Of a stretch of 64,000 nucleotides of DNA, positions 51,700 to 63,882 are shown in pieces. Location of the stretch: assembly GCA_002633005.1 (NCBI GenBank), contig NMRA01000194.1, positions 313,074 to 377,073 of the forward strand. The letters run 5' to 3'. Position numbers and translations under genes: made by a program. Numbering within the stretch: the first letter of the stretch is position 1; each line of letters begins with the position of its first letter. Source of the stretch: Phoronis australis. Lineage: Eukaryota > Animalia > Phoronida. A model generated the notes under the pieces. It worked only from the letters and a program-made list of their open reading frames with translations, was not told the origin of the DNA and did no database searches.

Positions 51700-52802
51700 G
51701 TAGGTTGGGTTTGAATGTTGGACATGTTGCTTTATTTGGCTTTGTGTCCTGCGTTTGTTGAATGTATTGTCACAGCTTACCAAATGCTGTCTGATAACAG
51801 CTGTGCCATTTCAAGCATGCCAACAATGAAATAAAACGTTTCCTCTGTTTAGATGTTTGTTTTACGATATTTTGCTCTTTTCTTTTTTTGTCAAAATTTC
51901 TCTGTTTTTCTGTCTCCTGAACTCTCTCTCTCATCTTTTTTTCATTCTGCTGACACACATTAATTGCACTTTTTTGTCCAGTTGAGATGAATTTGCGCAC
52001 GAAACACATCCGTGCTCAAAATCGTGTGCCTGTTGCTACGGTGTGGTGACCTTTTTACAGATTTTTCAAAAATTACAATTCCAAAAGTTATCTTGAAATT
52101 TTACTTATTGTGCTTAGATTTCTAAGTGTCTGCGGTCATTTGTCGCCACAGTTAGAGGGTCCATAAACCATGCTCTGTTGTTAATGTGACATTATCGATG
52201 TTACGTCTGAAAAACGCATTTTTATTGTTGTTAAATGGGATACACCTTGAAGTCATTAGTTTTGACCAGAGCTATATAACAACAAAATCCGTTGTGTGTT
52301 TTGATTTTATTGCCAATGCTCGCAGTTGTCTTCCAGATATTCGCTGAAATCGAGGCTAGTGTCTTTACTGTTCAGATACACTTAATATTGCCATTTAAAA
52401 TGGATTGAGCCCAGTGACAGGGTGTGATGGTGTGACTGTAGAGCTGATGGGTTCAGTTCTGCTCTGCAGCTCATTTCAGAAAAAAATCAACGACTTTCTT
52501 CACAGGCGTATTTGCCCTTTCTAAGCGTGCGTGTTATGATCGAATCCTTGGTTTCAATTGTAATTGGTTGCAATAAAACTCCAGAAAAAAAACTTAACAA
52601 CCATGATTCTACTTCAGTGGCTAAAACTAACCCATGGTGACGAGCATTCTAATGAGTCTGGTCTGAAATGATAAACAACTAGGTTCTTCTTAAACCTGTA
52701 CGTCCTGTCTAATTTTTGTTAGGGACTACATTAGGCTAATTTTATAATTGGTCTAAATCTATTGTTGTTTTTGGCAAAAGGCGCTGGTCGTTAACCCTTT
52801 AA

Positions 52803-53932
52803 AGAGTTCCCACCATGAATTTTTTTAGTTTTTGAGGTTTCAGTTAATATGAAACGAATATCATGAAATCAAACTAAATAAGCACTTTTTATGCCAAATA
52901 GTCGCGAATTTTTTAATTTTGAAGAAAAATTAGCTATTTCTAAGTTTCCTGCCAAATGATGCAATGGATCGAAGACGGTTGGCCACTTGACAATCAACTG
53001 CAATGTCGGAACACAGCAGGTCAGAAGACAACGAGGATTTTGAGCGACAACTGGACAATTATTATGCAGACAGAGAGGAGAGTGGATACGGGCATCACAC
53101 TCAAGTACTTGAAGAATCAGACAATGAATTCGGTTTTCCATTTAGAGAACTTTCGTCGGCTTTGAGGCCGTATGCATTCGACCCACTTGTATGAGAAATG
53201 CTGCAGACATATGTGAGCAACAACCAACTGCGGGTGGTCAATATTCACAAAATAGACACTGACACTTAATTATCACTGACAAAGGCCACAGTAAACCTGG
53301 GTTACTCATATACACTGTTGCCATGAGGAATGAGCACAGTCTAAACACAATGCATAAGCCTACTTGTGGTAGCACTTGATCGAGGGCCTGGCATCACTTG
53401 CCCTAGAATGGAAGCAATTTGTTCATTATTTATACCATTCTCAATGCACTTACAGGGTGACGAGTCCTTCATTGTAACGCCGTTTTTGTGTGTGGTCGAA
53501 ACAATTCTTTGAAATGTGCCGAACAAAGTGTGCAGTGGCTTCCGACTGAATCACATATTCCACACTGACATTTCACACTCTCGTGCGGCGCACAAACTGA
53601 TGCCATTTCTATGAAAATTTCACGTATTTAGGAAATTTGAACGTAGCGACGTTCTCAATCAAGTTGTTGTTACCACAGCCTCCACAAACGCACCTTTTCA
53701 TGTCTGAAAAAGGCGGCTCTCTATGGACTTTCCTCACAACTCCTCAGTATGGCAATGGTAAAATCAACGGCGGAACGGTCTTCCACCCATTGTGTACAAA
53801 CCCGATTACAGAAAAATTATATTTTTCAATTTTTGGTTTGTTTCTTAGTAACAGGTGTACTAAAGGCTATTAAATCTCTGAAGATGTATTTATAAAATTC
53901 CTTTTGAGACACAGGGTCAAGGTGGGAACTCT
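52803..53932. mobile_element. Kolobok-like deleted DNA transposon
   Basis: TTAA TSD, perfect 12-bp TIR AGAGTTCCCACC, and two convergent gene stubs (THAP domain on -, acidic PYAFDP peptide on +). Confidence 0.8.
53454..53701 (-). pseudogene. Disrupted THAP-domain exon of a transposase
   Basis: MKRCVCGGCGNNNLIENVATFKFPKYVKFS*KWHQFVRRTR.../SHCTLCSAHFK/NCF shows the THAP C2CH pattern with FP and W. Followed by a GTAAGT donor. Confidence 0.8.
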
Positions 53933-54922
53933 TTAAATTGAAAGCCTCTCCTAGGTTTTCTTGTATGTCGCAGCTGAAATTTTATGGCAGGTGCATGCAT
54001 TTACCACATGGCAGTTTTTAGTTATTAATAATTGTGATAATTTGAGTACACTGTCTTTAAGATTAACTGCATGAGATTGTCAGGCAAACGTGGAAACATG
54101 AAATGTCACAGAATTTCTTTACGTACAGCTTATTGGCCAACCCCAATAAATTCTGAGTTTCAACATAATTTTGAATACGCAATAAACATGTTCAGATGTG
54201 GCTCCCATAGTAAATTGTCTGACAGCTTCTTCGAATGTCCTCGCAACCGTAAGAAGCGTATTACCCCAATGCCAACGAGCTGATTTTTTGATTTATTGCA
54301 ATAAATTCATTATTTACATAGTATCTGATTTCGTCTGCTAGTGTTGTCTGAAACTAAATATACAAACAGTTATTATACTTCAGTCTGCAAGTTCATTTTT
54401 CATCAGTGTTAGATTAATATTCATTTAGATTGACGAAAATCAAAGTACCGAATGTATTAGCTTAAAACGTTGCTTGTATATAATGTGATAATCTGTTTTC
54501 TTGTTTGGTCGTTTGTTCGTTTATCTTCCCTTATTACGTTAATTGTCCAATAATTTAGCAGCATCAACAGCTGTGTCTTCGTGAATTTAATGAGATTTTG
54601 CCAATGGGTTGTCAGTTTGACTTGGTTAATTTCACACACCCGTCAACCACGCACTCTGTCAAAAAATATAATAATTGGTTTTGTGCGAAATAAGCAATCA
54701 ATTACCATAATTTGTTTTTGTCTTTGTGTGTTCTATTCTAGGTTTTGCATCACATAATTTTACCTGAATGTAATGATTCAATTCAATTTCCTGGTAAACT
54801 GGTTTGATTTTATTTGTTGTTGTTTTGCAAACAAGCAACGTCATTTAACGTAACTTTGCCGTCTTGCAGATGATCACTAAGGTGTTTATGGTGTGAGTTC
54901 CAACATCTCTGTCTATTTGCAG

Positions 54923-55005
54923 AACTCATCACAGGTGATCTGCCTGACTGTAGTATTCCTCCGTATAGTGAGGTAAAGTTTCCGTCCTGTGCAGGCAAGA
55001 TTGAG
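54923..55005 (+). CDS. MGAT5: MGAT5-like coding exon 4
   Basis: tatttgcag| (K)LITGDLPDCSIPPYSEVKFPSCAGKIE |gtaggt (phase 1-0). Compare MGAT5 CVLPPMDGYPHCEGKIK. Confidence 0.9.
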
Positions 55006-55090
55006 GTAGGTACTGGCGGCCTCTGGTTTTGGCGACTTGCTGCAAAATTTAGTGTACTTGTGGGTGCACATACACTGTGGGAGAAGTACA

Positions 55091-55239
55091 GTTGTGTCTT
55101 GGGACAGATGGAGGGCAAAGTTGTGTCTTGGGACAGATGGAGGGCAAAGTTGTGTCTTGGGACAGATGGAGGGCAAAGTTGTGTCTTGGGACAGATGGAG
55201 GGCAAAGTTGTGTCTTGGGACACATGGAGGGCAAAGTTG
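55091..55239. repeat. 29-bp minisatellite x5
   Basis: GTTGTGTCTTGGGACAGATGGAGGGCAAA repeated, with one substitution in the last unit. Confidence 0.95.
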
Positions 55240-56172
55240 GCCAGAACCGGTTGAGGTCAAGAAAGAGTTCTATTTTAAATTTGCTGCACCTGAGTTAGGT
55301 GGGTAAGGTGGCTCAAATTCAAATTCAACCGAGTTTTTCGTACTTTATTCATTGACACAAATTGCGATCTTTGATCCAGGTTCAAAAAATTGCCGGAGTT
55401 GCATGTCTTTACGTTCTCTAACAATTGTGAACGTATTTAGTCTGGGTCATCCGAATTATCTGGTCGGCGATTATTGCTGGAGAATTGAAGGACATGTGGG
55501 CTGGGGATAGCTTATACCTCGATCAAAGATCATTATTCATGTCAATGTATAACCTTCAGAAAACTTGTTTTAATTTGAACGTAAGTTGTCTTATTGGCGC
55601 AAACTGGGGTCCAGCAAACTGTTTAGTTCTTTCGGTGACATATTTTTCAATAAAAGAGGAAAATTCCTGTCTATTTGGGCACATGCATGAAATTTTCCTT
55701 AAGATATATCCATAAAAATTGGCCGCTTTTACAATTATATTTCACACACACACGAACACATCAAGTTGTGAAAAGAGATAAATCTCACCCAAATTTCTTA
55801 ATTTGATATGGTAATTTGACATTTCGCTGTTTCGATACAATGCTCATGACGCGCTTTAACCACCAACTCATTGCCTGTTGTACGTTTCATACTTGGTGTC
55901 ATAACAGTCAATGGTGTCTAGTAAGTAGTGTGGTATGGTGTTGAGGACAACACTACATGATGCGGGCTACCTGAGCGTGCGAGGTACGTTATTAGTGCAA
56001 GGGCATCTGCAGACTTTTTTGTTTTACAAATTAGCTAATGAATGCAACTTCATCTTGTTTATGTTAAAATAGTATTACTGTTAAGTTTTTGCAATACATT
56101 AGCAGTGTTAGGAGCATGTGAGTACATCTGAAACATTACCTTAATGCTTAATCTCCCTACTGTCTGTTTCAG

Positions 56173-56262
56173 TACATGCAACGTATGTGGCAAACAGACC
56201 CTTGCTATGCCCATTACGGTGTCGATGGAAGTAATTGCTCCATAGTCTTCTACTTAAGTGAG
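56173..56262 (+). CDS. MGAT5: MGAT5-like coding exon 5
   Basis: ctgtttcag| YMQRMWQTDPCYAHYGVDGSNCSIVFYLSE |gtagga. Compare MGAT5 WMKDMWRSDPCYADYGVDGSTCSFFIYLSE. Confidence 0.97.
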
Positions 56263-56473
56263 GTAGGAGTTTAGTAGGGGCTGGAGGTTGTATCATTTCT
56301 CGGGAGGATGGTTGTAATGGAAGATAGGTTGGTTACTATGTCTTGTTTTGATGTCAGTTGGTTTCATTTGATCGTGAGTAGCGCTTGGGGCATTTTTGTA
56401 GTTCTTGTTTTGGCTTAAAACAAAGGTGAAGAAAATTTCATGTTTCACGATCCAGTGCTAATGGATTTTCATT

Positions 56474-56812
56474 TCTGTGCGCCCACATACGCATATATGA
56501 GTGCACATTGCCGTCATCTGTGTCCGGGCACCCGACGTCCACTCCTTTGCAGGATCGTAACGAGATTTGGCAGATGTGTTCCTATAAAGCTGACCACAAA
56601 CGACGAGATTGTTACCGTTCCTACCACGACTGTGCAACTAGTGGCAATTCCATTTTGTTCATGTGTGCCTCTGTATCTTTAGAGTTCCTGTATGAATCAT
56701 CATGAAGTTTGACAGATAAGTTTCTATTAGGAAATGAAGAGCCCTTCCCATTTTCAGAAGGCCATTTACGGTGCAGTCATGGGCGCATTTTAACACATGG
56801 CATTGCTCTTGA
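56474..56812 (+). mobile_element. Short HINE family A copy
   Basis: Head TGCGCCCACA...GAGTGCACATTGCCGTCATCT, one CTAGTGGC monomer, tail TGGGCGCATTTTAACACATGGCATTGCTCTTG. Confidence 0.75.
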
Positions 56813-57424
56813 ATTTTCATTTCATATGCCCACAGAAACGTCTTTAGTGTTATGCACCCACGATTTTCGATGTGAAAAACACCGTCTTTTGAATTAGACC
56901 ACTTATCATGTGCTTACCCCAGATAATAAAATTTCTGACCGTTGAAGAATTGACAAGTTATAGCTGAAAGCTGATCTCAATACATTGGAACTAGCGTGCT
57001 CGTCATTTTATACATTAAATGCAGTATGGCTGAAAACAGTCTCGTTGCATGAAGAGTCGTTGTTATTAATATTTGGTACATTAGGACTTCAAACATATGT
57101 TGACTATTCGCCTTTTTCACAAATCTGGCATAATCGTTCTTTTCTTGAGACATTATTTCTATATTTAACTTAAATTATTATGTATTCTGTTGCTGAAGGA
57201 GTGCGTAGATTTTTACTAAATTTGGTAAAAGTTTTTGCATTTTGAGCAATACAATATTGAATATTTAAAAAAATGTCAGTTTTAACAAAATGGAAGATTT
57301 TTACGGCCCTTCTATGTGTTCGTCAAAGTGTCGCCATATGGGATCATACTTCTATGAAGTTATACATTAAAATATTTCATTTGCTGAGATGTTTTCAGTT
57401 TGTCAAATTTCAACAAGAATGTAT

Positions 57425-57705
57425 ACAATTGGATCTCATTTCTTGAGAGTTCTCCCAATGGAGTAGAAGTCTCATAAATCTGAACAAGGTCCTACGTGGA
57501 ATCTTTGAAATGTACTGGAATTCTTGGTTGCTATGGTATTTCTCCACTTACGAATTTTTCTGATGTAGATGAGCTTATTTTTTATGATTAATTTTTCAGG
57601 AAGCTTTCTGTTTTTGTTGATGAAACAAAACAAAAGGTGTTTATATACTTCTATTGTGTAATCAGGGATTTGTAAGCTCAATGGGCAGGGTGTATTTTCA
57701 AGTTG
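57425..57705 (-). mobile_element. Possible LINE reverse-transcriptase N-terminal relic
   Basis: Broken PCPLS...RIPVHFKDST*DLVQIYE..PLGELSR loosely resembles RT domain 1 (V.P..KK......NYRPIS.L..LSK). Confidence 0.3.
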
Positions 57706-58064
57706 TGAATTAATTTTTAAATGTCACTTTAATAAACGAGTATACTACTACTACTGCTGCTGCTACTACTATTTAGCACACTCACCTCATTGTGCACATC
57801 AAAAATTATTTTGAAAAATAATACACTGACCCTCCCTTATTTCACATGGGGCTACTTGATGAGAGTTTCTTGCCTCCCCTAATTCACACACACTCAGTTT
57901 TGCACTTCGGAAAATGCCTGTAACCCACTTTCTGGTCATTTTCAAAAAACAAACCATTTCCCTATTAAATCAAATGTAAAGTAACTCGCATAATGACGTG
58001 ATTTATTTTCATATTCCCTCACCGTTATTATAGAAATAAGTAATTTAAGGATATGATTTAAGAA

Positions 58065-58670
58065 GTCTTTATGTTTAATCCATTGGGTTCGATTGTGTTA
58101 AGTTGCTTATCTATCCAAAGTTGTTCTCTTTTGCGTCTGTGAGGGTACTAGGATATTGGAGTTTCTCTATTATTTGTACAGAAAGATCTTGTAGATTATG
58201 TTTTTCGAATTGAAATGATTAGGTATAGTATCAGAATGTTTTTATGTATTATGTTAAATCTGTGATTGCGAAACCGAGTTTGTAGATCATAAATATTGAG
58301 TGGAACATTTTCTACATGTTATTAGGTAAATGATATTGTCGGTTGTGCAGTCAGAATAATGTTTCATTTCGAAGTGTTCATTGGTTTGAGAAGACTGGAA
58401 GGAAGAATTGTCTTGATAAAGTTACGCATTTTGCATCTAGATTGTTACATTGTGTGTTGCTAATAGGTTTGTCAAAAAACATTAAAAACTTCTTAAATCA
58501 TATCCGCTACAATTTATCATGTTTATTTGGCCAAATATCAGATGTCTTTTGTCACATCATATTCAATTTTACTTTATTTCTATTTCTGTTGACAAAGGAT
58601 GTTATTATATCAGAAATTTTCAGTAATCCATTTTTGTTGTTTTATTTACGTATATTTAACAGGATAAAGT
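58065..58670 (-). mobile_element. Penelope-like (Neptune-type) retroelement relic with GIY-YIG endonuclease
   Basis: Frameshifted CNNLRCK...DCTTDNIIYLITCRKCSTQY.../DLQTRFRNHRFNI.../PNHFN..HNLQDLSVQIIEKL.../RRKREQLWIDK/LNTIEPNGLNIKD. Confidence 0.85.
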
Positions 58671-59064
58671 AAGATAATTACTTCTAGTTGAATCATGTGA
58701 GGAAACCGTCAGTCGCTCACACACGGGCTGTTGCCAATGCTTGGTTAATTAGTTAATTTTGAACATGCAGCAACTGTGAAGTCCATAGATTTATTTGGCA
58801 CACCCTCATTATCAGAATTACATTGAATTTGTTTTGCACAAAATAATTGGAGAATTATAGTAGTCTTCAAACAGCTGTGCAGGATGGTATTTTCAGCAGC
58901 CTTTGCTAAAGGCTAGATATTTCAAATTGTCTGTGTGACGCCCTTAAGCACCTGAAACTGGGGCGATTCCTTCTGGCTGTTATGTCATTAGCCATTTGTA
59001 TTTAAATCGTTTTGTTACTAATAGCATATTTAAAGTTTATTAGTTTTGAATTTTTTCATTCCAG

Positions 59065-59133
59065 GTTGAAAATTGGTGCCCCAGGCTGAGCTGGCGACAA
59101 AAAGCAATCAATAAAAATCAAAACAATGAGAAG
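59065..59133 (+). CDS. MGAT5: MGAT5-like coding exon 6
   Basis: ttcattccag| VENWCPRLSWRQKAINKNQNNEK |gtagga. Compare MGAT5 VENWCPHLPWRAK. Confidence 0.95.
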
Positions 59134-60019
59134 GTAGGAGTGACTGCTATCATAACTGAGTATTATGGACATTTGATTGTGTATTACAATGATTTTTTTA
59201 ATCAGTATCCTGTTGGAATTTTGTACGGTATGCAGTTCTCAGTTGCTTAAGGCTGTGTCGGATCATAGTAACATGACCGCGTATTCAGCATAATATATAC
59301 AAAAGATTTTTAGTACACGTTTTCTGAAAGTAGAAAACTTGTAGAATTTGATGGCTAACTTTGTATTAATCTTTTGTTAACTGGTCGATGTCTCGCTAGT
59401 GGAAATTAGCAAAACAGCATAACAACGCTGTCAATAATATGATCAAATTTTATTTGATATAAATGTTCAAGGTGAGCTTCTTGAAAATGCCGTTACAGTT
59501 TTTCTAAAGATCTTTCCGTTTTTGTTTTATGCAACTTGAAAGTTTTTTCATGAAAATGGTAAAAGTCATATTTTGATTGCCTTTCATGCAAAAGGATAAT
59601 ATTGGAAAAACAACTTTTTGTTGAATAGTACGTGAAGCATAGTTCCTGAAAGCTTCATATCAATCGAATTTCTGAGATGTGTTGCTTTGAAGTTAGCCAT
59701 ATTTTCTGAGATCTTACCTAACCTCACGTGTATGTAATGATATTTTTTATGAAAATCAACGGAAAGAAACCGTGTAACATTTCAATTTTCAGTACAGTAA
59801 AAGCCAAATAAAAGCAGACAAAATGATCCATTATTTGACTATGAGCAACATACAGGTTGTGGTACATTGTGTGCGCATGTCAGTGCTGACCCATTATTCC
59901 GAGCTGAGCAAAATACAGGTTGTGGGCCGCGCTTTGTGTTGCTCTTGTTTCTTTTCAAAAATATCAATTTTAATTGCCTGAAGCTGTCCATTCAAACACT
60001 TCTCTATATCTGTTGCCAG

Positions 60020-60184
60020 GCAACATTCCCCACAGACAAGAAGCCCCTGCTTGACATGTTGACTGATGACACTGACCGGTTTGGCTTTGTCAAACACCGC
60101 ATTGAAGAGGGGTTTGACCGATGGGTTGCTGCGTTTAAGAAGTTGGAACTAACCCAAAAAATGGATAGTCGTCTGAAGAAAAAA
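60020..60184 (+). CDS. MGAT5: MGAT5-like coding exon 7
   Basis: tgttgccag| ATFPTDKKPLLDMLTDDTDRFGFVKHRIEEGFDRWVAAFKKLELTQKMDSRLKKK |gtgaga. Alignable to MGAT5 AEIRTDF...FRWMRLRIRRMADAWIQAIKSLAEKQNLEKRKRKK. Confidence 0.9.
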
Positions 60185-60464
60185 GTGAGAAGCAAATACT
60201 GTGTACTTCGGATTTATGAATTTCGATTATTTGATCTAGGCCCATGACCCCCAAATGTTCCCTGCTGATAGATGACAAATCTCACGTCACGCTTTGAGTA
60301 ATATGTCAGTCTTATTGGTCAATTTTCAAATCGAGTCTCAACTAACAATGGTTGGCCATCGGCTCCGATGTATGGTGGATCCAAGCCAAAATATTTGTCT
60401 GTATCGGATTACGTTTTGGAACCTCTGATTTAACTGTTGATTACCTCCAGTGAGCTCCTATTGC

Positions 60465-60669
60465 GTGACAATAGAAGGCTACACTATATGGTGAAAATAG
60501 GAGGCTACACTATATGGTGACAATAGGTTACTCTATATGTTGACAATAGAAGGCTACACAATATGATGACAGTAGGAGGCTACACTATATGGTGACAATG
60601 GGAGGGTACACTATATGGTGACACTTGAAGGCTACACTATATGGTGACAATAATATGCTACTCTATATG
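60465..60669. repeat. ~26-bp minisatellite x~8
   Basis: GTGACAATAG(A/G)AGGCTACACTATATG variants. Confidence 0.9.
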
Positions 60670-61232
60670 AACTGTCTACTGAAACGGGGCAGTGCCAGCT
60701 CAAGCCTGCCTCCTCCCACCAAATAAATTTGATTGTTGAAGTGTGAAATTGGGCTTTCCCATTAGCATCAGTACTTTGGTGACATCTGTTCATAGTTATT
60801 ACCTGGTGGTCAGTGATGTGAGATTAGTTTTAGGTATGGAGTCAAGTGCATTATTCAAACGGATCTGTTCTAGTAACAGAATGGTGAATATTTGAACAGA
60901 ATATTTGGCAAATACTTAACAGTACCCGGTTAAATTAACCTGTTGACTGTGAAGTTGTTAGATGCAATTTTTACTTTGATCCAAGAGGTGATGTAAGCTT
61001 TCCCACCAACTGATTCTCCCCTTAACACCGAAGTATTGATGTAAGTGGGAAAGGATCAAAGGTTATTTCTGCACTTAAACGTTAACTAATTGCAGTGGTT
61101 ATGTGACAACAAATCTTGCCTATGCATTGTCCGGTGCATCTCTGGGTAAAAGCTACCATGCCAGCATGGCTCAAGTACCCTTTTGCTTAATACGTGTTAA
61201 TGGCTGAATTCTTGACTTTTGTTTTGTTGTAG

Positions 61233-61293
61233 GTTATTCTACACATGTCGTTACTGATGAAAGGCTCAATTATACGAAATTATCAGACCAAAG
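61233..61293 (+). CDS. MGAT5: MGAT5-like coding exon 8 (gene continues beyond the window)
   Basis: gttttgttgtag| VILHMSLLMKGSIIRNYQTK(G) |gtatac. Positionally equivalent to MGAT5 VLVHLGLLTKESG..., just before the GGPLGELVQW motif, which is not in the window. Confidence 0.75.
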
Positions 61294-61765
61294 GTATACA
61301 TTAAGTGTTGCCACCTACTCTTCAGTGTACATTACAAATTCTCCCGTTTGGGGCAATGAAAAATTAATCATGTTGCTCGAAGTCTGAGCTTGAGCCAAAT
61401 TTTAGAAATAAGCAATATTGGCTATCCCAAACTCAAATATTACGATCACTGACAAACGATCATTCACCTCTATGTAACACATGTAAGACATGAAAACAGC
61501 AACTATTTTCTGTGATTTTATTACGTGATAAATTTTGTTTCAGACTCATGATATTTGAGAAATATGATGAACGCCGAAATCGCCCATGTCCCAATCTTCA
61601 GAATCATGAAAATTCAATTTCGTCTTGAATTTCGGTTTTTCGAGTTTTAGACCTGGTCCCAAACTGGGAAATTTGTCGTACTTTCATAGTAAAAGGTGCA
61701 GCAATTAGTTTTGATGTTGAACTCACTTATAGACTAAGTATAAATCAACATTACCTAAGATATAA

Positions 61766-63067
61766 TTACTTGGTGAAATTTATTTCACCAAATATGTCAT
61801 CAACTTTGTTTTTTTTTTGTTTGCACTCTACAGGTCGCAATTTTTGTCCTATCCACACGAAATTTACACACAACGTGTAGCTCCGGAAGTGCTGGAAGCC
61901 TATTGTTTTTGGTCATGATCGGATCCAAGATGGCGGACATGGCGGCCATTTTGTTTCCAATTTCTGATTCAGCTGCTCATAGAACCCACAATTTTTGACA
62001 TATTGGGCTCAAACTCGGCACAAATATGATTTTCTAGAAATCATTTACTTCCGGTCAAAAATGGCGGAAATATCGGCAATAGCGCATGCGCACCTCGATT
62101 TCGGGGAAAAACGTTTTGTCCTGTAGAGGGCGCTTTAAAGGACCAATTGCTTTGAAATTTTTCAGGTATTAGTTTTTTGTCTCCGGCTATTATCCAATCC
62201 TAAAAAACCGGAAGTTGATTTCAAGATGGCGGATCTGGCACACGTTGACCCATTTTCAGTCATGCCAGAGTGCCATTTTAAACAGGAAGAGAAAATGACG
62301 TGCATTTTTGCATGTGGATTCTCTAAGGTATACTCTTTCAAATGACCTGTAACAATTATTTTTCTCAAACTTACCGTTTTTGAGATATTTTACTTTGAAT
62401 TTCAAAAAAATGCAAAATTTCATTTTTGTCTAAAAATTTACGGAATTTCGCGATACAATCCATTTAGATAGAGTTTTGAACGGGCTTTCAGAAGATGTTT
62501 TTCTTTTTTCGCTAGCACGTTTACTTTTCGAGTTATTTGAGATTTTCTGATAACGCTGTTCCTTTGTTGAGCGCTCTTGCTGCATTGGTGTTGGTTAAGC
62601 TTCTATTGAACAAGACTGTAGCGTACTTCTTATTGATTTATGACATCTAAGTTCGTCATATGAATGTTATGATGTTGTTCATCATTGCCACAACCATCAT
62701 CATATTCATCATCTTCGTCATCATCTCCGACATTGTCTTTTCATATCGCCAAGTGTCGCTCAAGACTGTAGCCTCATTCTTACTGATTTCTGACCTCTAC
62801 ATTTGTCATATGAATGTTATCATCACTTGTATTGTTCATCATCGCCACCATCGTCGTCATATCCATCTTCCTCGTCATCATCTGTTAATTTCACCAAGTA
62901 TCGCTCAAGACTAGCCCATTTCTTACTGATTTCTGACCTCTACGTTCGTCATATGAATGATATCATAATGCTCATCATCGCCACGACCACTGCCATATTC
63001 ATCATCTTCGTCGTCATTTTTTTCGGTTAATTTCGCCAAGTGTCGCTCATTTTGAATGTTATTTACT
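61766..63067 (+). mobile_element. HINE family B, full-length
   Basis: Head hairpin TTGGTGAAAT-tt-ATTTCACCAA, internal repeats with AAGATGGCGG motifs, and three ~150-bp 3' modules (CAAGACT at 62611, 62761, 62906), each ending T(T)TCGCCAAGTGTCGCT-like. Confidence 0.75.
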
Positions 63068-63362
63068 AAATATTCTCCTGGTCTGAATATTAACTATGCA
63101 GCTAACATTAGAGAAAACACGTCATTTTCATAACATATTCTTGTGTTCCATTTCCCTGAGCAAGTATGGTGGGTGTCCAGCTGAACTCGAGACTGATCGT
63201 TTCCTATCGGTATCGTATTTGCTCCCTGAAATGGATCACAGAAACAAGATGGTCGCATGACCGAGGTCATCTAACTAGATGCTTTGTTGTTAGGGTCAGG
63301 GACCAAAAGTTGTTGTATGACATCTGAGCAGCACAAATCATAAGACTAAATCTTTCTTAAAC

Positions 63363-63882
63363 CAGGGCTTGGAATTTTCCGCGGAAACACGGATTTCCAC
63401 TTTTTTCAAATGTTCTGTCCGCGCATTTTATTATATTTCCGCGTAAAAAAAATCAGATTTGATATAAAACTTCCGCGGCAAATTCCTTTCTTACCGCGGC
63501 GTTGCCGACGACGTTCACCTCGAAAAGTGGAAGTTGCTCTTTATGTTTCGGAGGAACGTAAATTGTCAACATTGCCGGGGCATCTGGGACAGCGTGGTGG
63601 GATTTTCAATGGCGTCTCGTGTGATTGTAAACCGCGGTGACAAATACTGCGGCTCTGCAGCCAAAAATGTGTGGGGGTGGGAGTGGAGGAGTGGATGGAC
63701 GAGATAAAAAGACGTAGACGCATGCTACTGATGGTGGTAATGTTTTTTTTTTCTTTTTTTTTATTCCTAGCGATTTTTGTCGGCGAAAGGGGTTCACATC
63801 GACTATTTCAAGGCTGGGTAGCGCGCATGTTTTGGGCCGTAAAAGTTTCCGCGTCTTTTGTCATTGGTCATTCCAAGCCCTG
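63363..63882 (-). mobile_element. MITE with TIR CAGGGCTTGGAAT and perfect 6-bp TSD
   Basis: TTAAAC on both sides, subterminal TTCCGCG repeats. Its right end matches the left end of 13239-13495. Confidence 0.9.

Noticed and set aside
54810-55306. Repetitive ORFs up to 137 aa
   Set aside because: Translations of the 29-bp minisatellite.
51700-59140. Four consecutive GTAGG donors in the MGAT5-like gene
   Set aside because: GTAGG is a common donor variant and the sample is too small to be meaningful.
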